From a virus (Duplodnaviria; Caudoviricetes): DNA of 43,819 nucleotides. The notes under the pieces are model-generated. The model worked only from the letters and a program-made list of their open reading frames with translations, was not told the DNA's origin and made no database searches. A program made the translations under genes and the position numbers. The number at the start of each line of letters is the position of its first letter. Position 1 is the stretch's first letter. Positions 26,106 to 34,571 of this stretch are shown here, in pieces. The stretch covers positions 1 to 43,819 of IMG/VR virus record IMGVR_UViG_3300037463_000060; one strand, written 5' to 3'.

Positions 26106-26665
26106 GCCGCCCGCCGTTTCTGTGAACCCGCCTCGGCCCGGCGGGCCTGCAACTCCTCGAACCGCTCCGCGATGCGCCACTCAATGCCGTCCGGGGCGTC
26201 CGGGCCGAGCTCCTCCACCACCGCGGCCACCATGTCCTCCGCGAGCCCGTCGAAGGCCTCGTGGTCGTGGATCGGAGCCTGCTCCCGAACGGCGGTCATC
26301 TGCCGATGCAGCGCCCGGAGGGCGTTCGAGACCTGGGCGAGTTGGGTGGGGGTGAGGTCCGGCCGCTCCAACTGCCTCGTCAGGAGCTGGGCTTGGTGGC
26401 GGAGCTCCTCAAGGGGGCCGCGAAGCTCTCGAAGTGGCGGCAACGGGTCGACCGGTGTCTCTCGCCCGCGGGCCTCTCCGGCGACGCCGTTGTGGGAGGC
26501 GGCCTCGAGCCCGAGGCACTTTGCGAGGTGCCGCTCGATCACCTGCCTCGACGCCTTGTGCCTAGCCGCGACCTCGAGCCGCTCTTCGAGCGAGGTTGCC
26601 TCCGAGGCCTCCTTCTCGATTTCGACGCGGTTGGGATGCGCGCAAACGGCGCAGCGGCGGGGCAC
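26102..26665 (-). CDS. Probable terminase small subunit
   Basis: Upstream of terL; CAVCAHP...HTH-like (VAARHKASRQVIERH)...C, then coiled coil. Confidence 0.55.
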   Translation of the reverse strand: MPRRCAVCAHPNRVEIEKEASEATSLEERLEVAARHKASRQVIERHLAKCLGLEAASHNGVAGEARGRETPVDPLPPLRELRGPLEELRHQAQLLTRQLERPDLTPTQLAQVSNALRALHRQMTAVREQAPIHDHEAFDGLAEDMVAAVVEELGPDAPDGIEWRIAERFEELQARRAEAGSQKRRAA

Positions 26666-26710
26666 CCCTGCGAGGGTGCGGCAACCGAATATCCGTCAGC
26701 GGATGAGGCG

Positions 26711-26917
26711 CTACGCGGCCGCGCTCTGGGCCGGCTCGTCCCACGAAAACAGCGGGATTCCGTAGCGCGCGAAGAGGACCTGACGGTTCGCCAAGCTCGG
26801 CTTGAACACGCCGTTCTTCCAGTCGCTCACCCGACCCTGAGCCACGCCGCAGTGCCGCGCGATAACCGTTTGATTATCTTTAACTTTTCGCAGCGCCCGC
26901 ATTCCGGCCGTTATCAC
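26711..26917 (-). CDS. XRE-family HTH regulator
   Basis: NQTVIARHCGVAQGRVSDWKNGVFKPS...YGIPLFSW. Confidence 0.8.
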   Translation of the reverse strand: MITAGMRALRKVKDNQTVIARHCGVAQGRVSDWKNGVFKPSLANRQVLFARYGIPLFSWDEPAQSAAA

Positions 26918-26995
26918 ACCACGAGACTTAGCACAAGCCCATTATCCCCAAACAGATAATCGTGGATCGGGCTGGTCCGGGTGTGCGGGAAAGTC

Positions 26996-27280
26996 GGGTC
27001 CCATTGGCCTGGACTTTGCCCTATACTGTTTATGTCGCTCGGTGGGACATCCGCAAAAGGTTGTCCCATAGGTTGTCCCATGGTCAACGCGTCGTATCTA
27101 TTAACTAATTATAAATGGGACAACCTTAGTGCCAGATCCTGAGCAACACCTGAGAGGCATACATCTCGATCCTCCTCGAGGGTATGTGTCTAATGTGATG
27201 GGACGGGCCGGATCGATGTCCCGGTTGTCCCAGAAGCGCGTCAATCAGCGTGTTGGATGCCGAATCGCGTGGGACAATCT
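26996..27280. repeat. Iteron cluster around an AT-rich core; putative replication origin
   Basis: AGGTTGTCCCAT tandem at 27058-27069 and 27070-27081, inverted copy at 27115-27126, partial copies at 27043, 27198, 27223 and 27270; TATCTATTAACTAATTATAAAT lies between the converging copies. Confidence 0.75.
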
Positions 27281-27456
27281 GCGCGTCGCGTCATGCTAGG
27301 CACGCTGCTCCTCCCGGGGAGGGCTGGGCGAGTGCCGACAACCCGCCCGCCGACGCCATCGGACTGGCCGACGTCGGGCTCGGGCAAGGCCGGAATGGCC
27401 CCGTGGCTCAAGGGGCGCGTTCATGTCCATCGCCCCGGAGTAGGCGCCCCTGTGGC

Positions 27457-29160
27457 CTACGCCTCTGGCGGCGGGAAATACGGTCTGATGCGGCTTCCCG
27501 CGACACGAAGCCGGGCTTTGTTGGGGTCGTCAGGTCGCTTCCATCCGAGCCGCCGGAGGATGGCGGCCCCTCTCATCTCGGCCTGACGGTTCGCCTGGGC
27601 GCGGGGCATCTTGAGGGCGCCCTCGAGGCATGCCGCGACGGAGCGGCCGACGCACCGTGGGCATATGCAGCGGTCGGCCACGCCCCTCCGCGTGAAGTCC
27701 CCGTGCTCCTGGGCGCTCTCGGCCATCTGGCGGTCGAGCCACTCGGAGAAGTAAGCCTCCCAGGGGTCGGCCTGGCTCCGATGCTCCTGCTCGATGCGGC
27801 AGAGCTCAGCGAGTTCGGGGGAGTCGATGTGCCATTTCGCTCCCGCGCGGAGGCGGAAGACGGCCTCGCCCCAGATCTGGTCCCGGTCGCGCGCGACGGC
27901 GCCGACGTCGATCTTCTGGACCGAGACGGGGAGGAAGCGGCGGTTATCCTCGTCGGTGAAGGGCTCGGGGTTGTTCGTGGAGCCGCCGAAGATGCAGCGC
28001 CGAGGGAAGTCGCGGGAGCGGCGGGCGAGCGTGGGGCGGTACGAATCGACGCGCCTGGTGATGAACGCCTTCACCGCCTCGAGCTGGCCGCGGTTGAGGG
28101 AGGACAGCTCCGAGATCTCGATGATCCACTTCCCGCGGAGCGACTGCGCCGCGTCCTTGTCGCCGATCTTGAGCTCGTCGTCGAAAAACCACGATTCGTC
28201 GTGGCACAGGCCATCTCGATAAAGGGAACTCTTGCCCGTCCCCTGAAGTATCGAAATCAGCGTGAGCATGTTATCGGCCTGGCACCCGGGGTTGAATGCG
28301 CGTGCGACGGCGGCGACGAGCCAGCGGTAGCCGATCTCCCGAGCGTACGGCGTGTCAGGCGCGCCCATATACGTCGACAGCCAGCCGGCGTGATCCCCGC
28401 CGCCGATGCGCATCGTCCCGTCCCAGCTCTTCCCGACGCGATCCAGGTACTCCTTCACGGGGTTGATCACCCGCCGGCGGGCGACGGTTTCGGCCGCCTC
28501 CTCGGCGATCTTGCTATGGACGTCGATCTCCCAAGTGCGGGCGAGCCACGCGGCGAGCCGCGTCGAGTCCTGCTGCGTCCAGTCCCCGAGCTCCGCGGAG
28601 CCGGAGGCGTCGTCAGGGTGCCACGCGATCTGCGCCGTCTTGAACTCAGCCTCGCGGAGCTCGTGGTAGGCCAGCCTGCCCTCAAATACGGGGTCGTGGA
28701 CGAGGATGGTGATCACGTTCGCGAGATTGGGCCGCGGCTGACCGTTCGGGCCGGGCAGGAGCTTCGACGAGATCCAATTTCGCATGGTCTCGAGGCTCGA
28801 CTTCGAGGGCGGCTTCGCCATGTCCGACGCGCGCTTGGTGGCCTCGACGCGGGCCTTCGCGCGCGCGTCACGCACCTGCTTGACAGCGCGCTCCCAGTCG
28901 CTGATCCGCACCTTCAGGGCCCGCAGCTTGGGGATGAGCGCCTGGTACACGCGCGACGTTTTCTCAAACCCGGCCGCGAGCTCGATCACGTCCGGGTCGA
29001 AGGCCTTGGCGGCGTCCTGCCCGGCCGCGCCAACGATAAGATCGGATGCTGCCTGGGCGTCGCGGTCGTCCTGCCCCTCGCCGCTGGGCTGCTCCGTGTT
29101 TGCGGCGATGATGTTGCCGTCCGCGTCTCTGGCGTATTCGACGTCCTTGGGCTCGGTCAT
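27457..29160 (-). CDS. VirE/VapE-family P-loop helicase
   Basis: NPVKEYL...WDG, PGCQADNML, QGTGKSS, WIIEISEL, DSYRP...FPRRCIFGGSTN, NRRFLPV, RDQIWGEA. Confidence 0.9.
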   Translation of the reverse strand: MTEPKDVEYARDADGNIIAANTEQPSGEGQDDRDAQAASDLIVGAAGQDAAKAFDPDVIELAAGFEKTSRVYQALIPKLRALKVRISDWERAVKQVRDARAKARVEATKRASDMAKPPSKSSLETMRNWISSKLLPGPNGQPRPNLANVITILVHDPVFEGRLAYHELREAEFKTAQIAWHPDDASGSAELGDWTQQDSTRLAAWLARTWEIDVHSKIAEEAAETVARRRVINPVKEYLDRVGKSWDGTMRIGGGDHAGWLSTYMGAPDTPYAREIGYRWLVAAVARAFNPGCQADNMLTLISILQGTGKSSLYRDGLCHDESWFFDDELKIGDKDAAQSLRGKWIIEISELSSLNRGQLEAVKAFITRRVDSYRPTLARRSRDFPRRCIFGGSTNNPEPFTDEDNRRFLPVSVQKIDVGAVARDRDQIWGEAVFRLRAGAKWHIDSPELAELCRIEQEHRSQADPWEAYFSEWLDRQMAESAQEHGDFTRRGVADRCICPRCVGRSVAACLEGALKMPRAQANRQAEMRGAAILRRLGWKRPDDPNKARLRVAGSRIRPYFPPPEA

Positions 29161-29390
29161 GCGGCCTCAGAGAGCAGGAGGGCGGCGGCGCGGCGGAAGG
29201 CGTCCGCGATTTTGCGGTGGGGGCGGGTGTCGTGCGGGAACCGGATGGCCGCGAGCGCGTGGACGTCGGCGAGGGCGCGGAGGGTGTCGGCGAGCTCAGG
29301 GCGGGGCTCGCGCTCCCAGGCCCGGAGCGCCTGGGAGACCGAGGGGAAGCCGGCGGCATCGGCGCGATCGGCGATCTCGCGGGGGCTCAC
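29157..29390 (-). CDS. Hypothetical protein (77 aa)
   Basis: Start and stop overlaps on both sides. Confidence 0.55.
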   Translation of the reverse strand: MSPREIADRADAAGFPSVSQALRAWEREPRPELADTLRALADVHALAAIRFPHDTRPHRKIADAFRRAAALLLSEAA

Positions 29391-29839
29391 GCGACCCTCG
29401 TCCGGTGGACCTCTTCAGCCGCCGCGAGGGCCTCCTGCTCGGCCTCCAAGTCCGGCGCGGTCTCGCGCGGCTCAACGGGGATGGCGACGCGCACCTCGGG
29501 CCGGTCCGCGACCCGGAGCCCGCGCCGCCGTGCCTGTCGGTCCTCCCGCCGCTCGCGGGCGACCGTCGCAGAGGCCTTTGAGGCCCGGTCCGGAATGGGG
29601 CGCGTCCCCTCCGGCGCTAGACCGTCGGCGAGGAGCCCGTCCATGTAGTCGGGGACCTGGACCTCGGGGCCGTCAACGCGAACGAGGCGGGTAGCGGCGT
29701 AGCTGATCCCCGTGCGCGGCAGGATATCGAAGTATCTGGCCCGGGCGACGTCCCCGGAGCGGTCCTCAAAGACCACGCGCCACGGCGCGCCGACCCGCCC
29801 GTTGTGCCTCCAGACCTGAAATAGGTGCCAGCCGCTCAC
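29387..29839 (-). CDS. Hypothetical protein
   Basis: GTGA coupling on both sides. Confidence 0.55.
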   Translation of the reverse strand: MSGWHLFQVWRHNGRVGAPWRVVFEDRSGDVARARYFDILPRTGISYAATRLVRVDGPEVQVPDYMDGLLADGLAPEGTRPIPDRASKASATVARERREDRQARRRGLRVADRPEVRVAIPVEPRETAPDLEAEQEALAAAEEVHRTRVA

Positions 29840-30084
29840 GCCGCCCGCCCCTCGCAGCCGTCCGTCTCGGGCCCGAGCTCACGAACCGCAACCTTCACGC
29901 ACGGGGCCCGCTCGGGCACGATCTCGGATGGCCCGCGGTCCCAGTCCTCCGACCAAATCGGGTCGTAAAGCCCAGAACACCAGGCGCGCTCACCGACATA
30001 GAGGGCGCGGGCCGGGATGATGGTGCGGAACGAGGCTTCCACAGGGCTCGAGATGGGGGCGACGCCGACGAGTCCCTTGAGCAC
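29836..30084 (-). CDS. Hypothetical protein; start uncertain, frame open up to ~30195
   Basis: Ends in the GRAA* coupling motif; fills the gap in the operon. Confidence 0.4.
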   Translation of the reverse strand: MLKGLVGVAPISSPVEASFRTIIPARALYVGERAWCSGLYDPIWSEDWDRGPSEIVPERAPCVKVAVRELGPETDGCEGRAA

Positions 30085-30191
30085 CCATCGCGCCCCCTCG
30101 GCGTTGATGGCGCGCTGGCGGGGCGAATACTGGACGGCGAGCGGACCCTCGATGCGCCGAGGCCCGCCGGGGGGACGCGGGGCGAATGCGC

Positions 30192-30818
30192 TCAGTTGGA
30201 TTTAAGCCTCCCACAGGAGCAGATACCGGGCGCCAATGGCTTCGGGCGCGAACCCGGGCGCCGGCCGCAGTCGACGCAGATCCCGAACAGCGACGCGAGG
30301 GCGGCCGCGCGCAGAGCGGCGCCGGAGGAGTAGGGGCCCGCGAGGCGGGCGATCTCCTCGCACCGGGCGAGCCGCTCGGGCGCGTAGTCTTCGACGGCGG
30401 ACCTGAGAAGCTTCACCACCCGCCGCGCGGCCCCCTCCCGATCTCCCGCGAAATAGATCGGGATCCGACCCGTCCATGTCAATTCTGCAATCAGGTCGAG
30501 GTAGGACAGGATCTCCTTTTCGTCGCATAGCCCGACCGCTCTGGCCGCCGCGACGGGCGATCGAGCGTCGTCCACTACGATCGCAGCCCGCGGTACGTCA
30601 CCGAGCCTCGACAACTCGTGATTAAACCGATCGTGGCCTTGGTGGACCGTTCCCCATAGATCGGTGGAGCTCTTGCGCTCGATGCGAGCGTATTGCTCGA
30701 CGCCTACGGCGGTGTAATCGCCGGCATTAATGGTCGCCGAGCGGACCTCGATGTCGGGCGGGAACGCGAGGGGTCGCTGCTCGCGCGTGTCGACGAGGAC
30801 GACGAGGGGCGCGGTCAC
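30192..30818 (-). CDS. ERCC4/XPF-type nuclease
   Basis: VLVDTREQRP, AGDY, IERKSSTDL, RFNHELSRL; C-terminal CVDC...CSC. Confidence 0.88.
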   Translation of the reverse strand: MTAPLVVLVDTREQRPLAFPPDIEVRSATINAGDYTAVGVEQYARIERKSSTDLWGTVHQGHDRFNHELSRLGDVPRAAIVVDDARSPVAAARAVGLCDEKEILSYLDLIAELTWTGRIPIYFAGDREGAARRVVKLLRSAVEDYAPERLARCEEIARLAGPYSSGAALRAAALASLFGICVDCGRRPGSRPKPLAPGICSCGRLKSN

Positions 30819-31639
30819 TTCCCATCTCCGAAAAGAGGAAGCTGGGCGTTCCTACCAACGTCCGCCCGATCAAGCCAGGCCCGGAGGTCGGCGCCCGGGA
30901 GGGGAGCCTGTCGAGCGGCGGCGAGGGCGGGCTCGATGCGGTATTTGATCACCGTGTCGAGGTGCTCGCGCTCGACGTCGATTCCCACGTGGTCGAGCCC
31001 GAATTCGATGGCCACCCGCGCCTCGGGGTCGGATCCGCAGTACGGGGAGACGATGATATCGCCCGCCTTGACGACCGGCTTGCCGCGCCCTCGCCCCGAG
31101 AACAGCCACCGATAGAAGGCCTCGGGCTTCTGGGTGGGGTGGAGGTGCGGGGCGGTCTCCTTCTCGCTGCGCCGGAGGGCGCCCTTCCAGAAGTGCCCGA
31201 ACACCCGGACAGCCCCCCCGAATGAGGTCCATGCGATCTCGGCGTCGGCGCCATCGTCCGGGCCGAGGCCCTCGCGCTTGTCCCAGACTACGAGCGCGCG
31301 GGACGCGGGGAGCTGCGGGGAGAAGGCGTGGAAACCCCAGACGAGCCGCCGCTCGTAGGCCGCTAGGTGGGCGATATCGGGCGTCGCGTCGTCCCCAGCG
31401 ATCGGCTTGTGGGCTTTGGCCTTCGCCAGCGCCCGGACGTGGCCCCGTTGCATGATCGTGCCTGAGTGCGCCCGCGCTGCGCTGTCCTTCGCCTGCCCAT
31501 AGGGCGGGTCGGCGATGAGGACGACGCGGCGAGTTGGTGGCGCGACGAGGGGCAGGATCTTGCGACAGTCCCCGAGGAACAAGCGCACCTTGCACGGGGC
31601 GCCCGCGGGGGTCTCGTAGTACGGCTTCGGCGCGCTCAT
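30815..31639 (-). CDS. Beta-class N6-adenine/N4-cytosine DNA methyltransferase with degenerate SAM-binding motif
   Basis: LFLGDC, IADPPYG, VWDK, HPTQKP; SPYCGSDPE where DPFxGSGTT is expected. Confidence 0.8.
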   Translation of the reverse strand: MSAPKPYYETPAGAPCKVRLFLGDCRKILPLVAPPTRRVVLIADPPYGQAKDSAARAHSGTIMQRGHVRALAKAKAHKPIAGDDATPDIAHLAAYERRLVWGFHAFSPQLPASRALVVWDKREGLGPDDGADAEIAWTSFGGAVRVFGHFWKGALRRSEKETAPHLHPTQKPEAFYRWLFSGRGRGKPVVKAGDIIVSPYCGSDPEARVAIEFGLDHVGIDVEREHLDTVIKYRIEPALAAARQAPLPGADLRAWLDRADVGRNAQLPLFGDGK

Positions 31640-31848
31640 GACCGCCGTGTGGCCGAGGGCGAGAGCATCGTGGAGACCGGCCCGTCGGCGACGCGCGCCT
31701 TGACGGCGAGGTCGAGCGAGCAGAGTACCTCGGCGGGCTCGGTGAGCGCGAAGGGGACCGGCTCATCGGCCTCCGGGGCGGGGTCGACGAGGGCGGCGTA
31801 GAGGGCGCGCTCGGAGGCGAACCCGTTGGGCGGCGTGGGCCAGGGCAT
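31636..31848 (-). CDS. Hypothetical protein (70 aa)
   Basis: In operon; ATGA overlap with the methyltransferase start. Confidence 0.45.
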   Translation of the reverse strand: MPWPTPPNGFASERALYAALVDPAPEADEPVPFALTEPAEVLCSLDLAVKARVADGPVSTMLSPSATRRS

Positions 31849-31851
31849 GGG

Positions 31852-32655
31852 CTACGCGCTCCCCTGGTGTGCTCGGACGTAGTGGCGGACGCGCCCGCGC
31901 TCCGTGGGTCGGCGTCGCTCGACCACCCAGCCCGCGCCGCGGAGCAGCCCCCCGATGCGGGTAGAGGCCTCGCGCCCGCACTCGTCGGTCGGACGGCCGA
32001 GGGCGTGGGTGAAAACGTCGAACGTGGTGACGGCCGCGCCTGGGGCGAGGCCGGCGAGGTACGCCTCGACGGCGCCTCGCCACGGCTCCGGCCTGGGCTC
32101 GCGGCGCGGGCCCCCGGCGTCATGGCGGCCGAGGTGGGTGAAGAGGTCGCCCTGAGCCGGCGCGGGGGCTCGGCGGCGCCCGCCCTTGCTCGATGCGACC
32201 ACGTCGGCGGCGACGGTGGCGGCGACGCGGGCGACGAGGAGGACGATCTGCTCGACGTCCAGGGGCGGGGCGGCGGGAGGCGCGCCCGCGACGGCCCCGG
32301 CCTCGCCGAGCCTCCCCTCCCTGGCGAGCCGGAAGACGTGGATGAGCCGCTTGAGGACGGCGGCGCCCGCGGGGGTCTCGGACCGGGCGGCGACGAAGAG
32401 GGCCTCGTCGAGGGTGAGCAGGTACTCCTCGCCCTCGGTCTCCCGCTCGCCTCCGCGCGGCATCGATGTGCGCGACACCGTGCCGCGCACATAAATCCCC
32501 GGCAAATCGTCAAGGTTCCGCTCGATCAGCGGGCGAATGTCCCGCGGTCGGCCGTAGCCGAGCACCTCCCCGAGGGCCACGTCCCGCACCCGCTCCTCCC
32601 CAGCGAGCAATTCGAAGGGCACCCCCTCCACCTCGAGCACACGAATCACGCTCAT
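31852..32655 (-). CDS. Antirepressor-like (Bro-N/Rha-like) protein with C-terminal winged-helix-like domain
   Basis: RVRDVALGEVLGYGRPRDIRPLIERN...EYLLTLDEALFVAARSETP; C-terminus resembles the VirE C-terminus. Confidence 0.7.
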   Translation of the reverse strand: MSVIRVLEVEGVPFELLAGEERVRDVALGEVLGYGRPRDIRPLIERNLDDLPGIYVRGTVSRTSMPRGGERETEGEEYLLTLDEALFVAARSETPAGAAVLKRLIHVFRLAREGRLGEAGAVAGAPPAAPPLDVEQIVLLVARVAATVAADVVASSKGGRRRAPAPAQGDLFTHLGRHDAGGPRREPRPEPWRGAVEAYLAGLAPGAAVTTFDVFTHALGRPTDECGREASTRIGGLLRGAGWVVERRRPTERGRVRHYVRAHQGSA

Positions 32656-32945
32656 CGTGACACCTGCGCACTCTTTTGGGTTGACACGACCGCCAGCCCC
32701 GATGCAATTCTATCGGCATGACCCGACGCTCTCTTGGATGTCACCGGAAGATCCCACGCGTCGACCGGGATCTCGAACGCCCGGAGGAGCGCCAAGGCAA
32801 CGGTGCGCTCGGGGTGCCGCTCCCCGCTTAGGTACCGGCTGATAGAGCCGCCGCCGATCTGGGCGCGGACCTCTTTGTGGGTGAGGTTCTTCGTCTCGAT
32901 CGCGAGGCGCAGAAGTCGTGCGCCCTCGTTGGGATCTTTTGCCAT
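32652..32945 (-). CDS. Cro-like HTH regulator
   Basis: LTHKEVRAQIGGGSISRYLSGERHP...FEIPVDAW; divergent from the repressor. Confidence 0.75.
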   Translation of the reverse strand: MAKDPNEGARLLRLAIETKNLTHKEVRAQIGGGSISRYLSGERHPERTVALALLRAFEIPVDAWDLPVTSKRASGHADRIASGLAVVSTQKSAQVSR

Positions 32946-32991
32946 GGTCTCGGAGGGTGATGCAACGTGGCACCGGGTGTCAAGTGGCCTC
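32943..32991 (-). promoter_or_regulatory. Leftward lytic promoter/operator
   Basis: TTGACA (32983-32978), 18-bp spacer, CACCCT; homologous to 33587-33635. Confidence 0.7.
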
Positions 32992-33031
32992 GGTTGGCGC
33001 GGGGTGAAATACCGGGAAATATGGCGCCCAA

Positions 33032-33538
33032 ATGAAGACGTTCGCCGAACGCCTCCGACACGCTCTTGACGTGCGAGGCAAATCTCAGCACGCGCTCGCG
33101 CGTCTCCTCGGCATCACGCAGGGAGAGGTGAGCCGGCTGTGCGGCGGGCGCCGCGGCGCCTACGTCTCCTATGCCAAGGTCGTTCAGATCGCGCGGGCGC
33201 TCAACGTCTCCGCCGAGTGGTTGGGGGAAGGAGCTGGCGACCCTCCGACCGAACGCGATCCGCTCGATGAGAGATATCCCCGCCGGGCCGAGGCTGCGCG
33301 CATCGCGCGCGACGGTGGGATCCCGACATACGCGATCGACTACGTGTGCCGCCAGGACCCACCAGACGAAGCGGCCGAATGGTCGGTGTTACGCTGGATC
33401 GACACGATGAAGCTCGCGGCTGCCTTGCCACGCACCGAGCCGCCGCCGTCGCCTCCGGTGTCCACCCAGAAGCGGTCGCACACGCGAGCGCGCGCGGATA
33501 TCGCCCCTCCCACGGTTCGGTCAACGAAAATAAAATAG
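33032..33538 (+). CDS. CI-like XRE repressor without a recognisable S24 peptidase domain
   Basis: TFAERLRHAL...SQHALARLLGITQGEVSRL...IARALNVSAEWLGEG. Confidence 0.85.
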   Translation: MKTFAERLRHALDVRGKSQHALARLLGITQGEVSRLCGGRRGAYVSYAKVVQIARALNVSAEWLGEGAGDPPTERDPLDERYPRRAEAARIARDGGIPTYAIDYVCRQDPPDEAAEWSVLRWIDTMKLAAALPRTEPPPSPPVSTQKRSHTRARADIAPPTVRSTKIK

Positions 33539-33569
33539 GGCCTCATCGCTCCTTATGAGCGACGGGGCC
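33538..33569 (+). terminator. Hairpin after the repressor gene
   Basis: gggcctcatcgctc-cttat-gagcgacggggcc stem-loop; no U-tract on the plus strand. Confidence 0.35.
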
Positions 33570-33586
33570 GATCCGTCCGCGAGAGG

Positions 33587-33635
33587 TGATGCCACTTGAC
33601 GTTTGGTGCTTGGTGGCATCATCCTCCGGGCCATG
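33587..33635 (+). promoter_or_regulatory. Rightward early promoter/operator
   Basis: TTGACG (33596-33601), 18-bp spacer, CATCCT; inverted repeat TGATGCCAC (33587-33595) / GTGGCATCA (33613-33621). Confidence 0.7.
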
Positions 33636-34040
33636 ACCTCGCCGCTCCTCGCCTACCCCGACGCGCGCCTCTTCGCGGGCCCGCACCGGACGGACGGGCG
33701 CCGCCACGCGCATCGCTCTCTTGGTGAGGCGCTGCTCTGGGCGGCCGAGCGGGGTCGCCACGAGGAGGATGCCGTGCCGAGAACACACATCGAGCTGACG
33801 AACGCGACGATCGACTTGATGGCCCGCCTGCTGCGCGCGGCTGGGCGAGACGTGAGCGACCTGCGCGACGAGGGGGTCGCGCTGCTTGAAGAGATTGAGA
33901 CGCAGATGGCCGTGTTCGGGCGGTCGAACGGGCCGTCCGTCGGGGACCCCGTCACCAGGGCCTGGTACCTGCTCCGCGAGTCCCTCAAGCACGCGACCCT
34001 GCTCGGCCCTCGCGGAGGATCCGAGGTGCGTGATGGGTGA
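33633..34040 (+). CDS. Hypothetical early protein
   Basis: ATG right after the promoter; GC-rich third positions. Confidence 0.6.
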   Translation: MTSPLLAYPDARLFAGPHRTDGRRHAHRSLGEALLWAAERGRHEEDAVPRTHIELTNATIDLMARLLRAAGRDVSDLRDEGVALLEEIETQMAVFGRSNGPSVGDPVTRAWYLLRESLKHATLLGPRGGSEVRDG

Positions 34041-34374
34041 TTTTCGTGTGGGCCCTGACGGCCGGTGTTTCGTGTGCGACGCGGCCGAGGGCGAGGAGCA
34101 CGTCGTCGAACGGCACATCGAGGCCTTCAAGGGTCCGGTCAAGCCGAGGTTCGAGCCCAAGATCGTCGCCGCGCCCGGGACGACCCCCGACGCGCCGTGC
34201 AAAGAGCCCTGCTCTCACGAGGGCTGCCTCGCGCAGAGGGCCACCGCCTCGCGCCCGTGCGCAGGGTGCGCCGAGCGTGTCGGCTTCGATGAGCCCTATT
34301 GCGTGGTCGGCGATCGGCTCGCCCACGAGAAGTGCCTCATCGGCATCGGCACGGCACTGCGAGGCGCGGCGTGA
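34033..34374 (+). CDS. Cys/His-rich hypothetical protein
   Basis: GAGG RBS; CFVC, C...CSHEGC, CAGC...HEKC. Confidence 0.6.
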   Translation: MGDFRVGPDGRCFVCDAAEGEEHVVERHIEAFKGPVKPRFEPKIVAAPGTTPDAPCKEPCSHEGCLAQRATASRPCAGCAERVGFDEPYCVVGDRLAHEKCLIGIGTALRGAA

Positions 34375-34571
34375 GCGAGATCGAGGCCCTGCTCACCAGC
34401 GCGCTCCCGTGCGACCGCATGTGGATTGCCGAGACGCTCCGACGAGCGGCATCGGAGGAGCTCGAGGACCAGGAGACTTTCGGCCGTTGTGGCGGCCACA
34501 CCATGCACGGCCCCCGGGCGAGGCTGGCGAGCTCTCTGGCCGAGCACGTCGAGAGGCTGGGCGCAAAATGA
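34371..34571 (+). CDS. Hypothetical protein
   Basis: GTGA and ATGA coupling. Confidence 0.5.
   Translation: MSEIEALLTSALPCDRMWIAETLRRAASEELEDQETFGRCGGHTMHGPRARLASSLAEHVERLGAK

Noticed and set aside
24211-26355. 714-aa plus-strand ORF
   Set aside because: Antisense shadow of terL
26996-27280. Possible CRISPR array
   Set aside because: Repeats are 12 bp or shorter, in both orientations and irregularly spaced; no cas genes
27250-29694. 814-aa plus-strand ORF
   Set aside because: Antisense shadow of the VirE gene; no motifs, and expected in GC-rich DNA
30192-31639. Restriction-modification pair (methyltransferase plus nuclease)
   Set aside because: ERCC4 nucleases are structure-specific and typical of phage replication arms, and the methyltransferase SAM motif is degenerate
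30870-32513. 547-aa minus-strand ORF
   Set aside because: Alternative frame over three better-supported genes; Arg/Pro/Ser-rich
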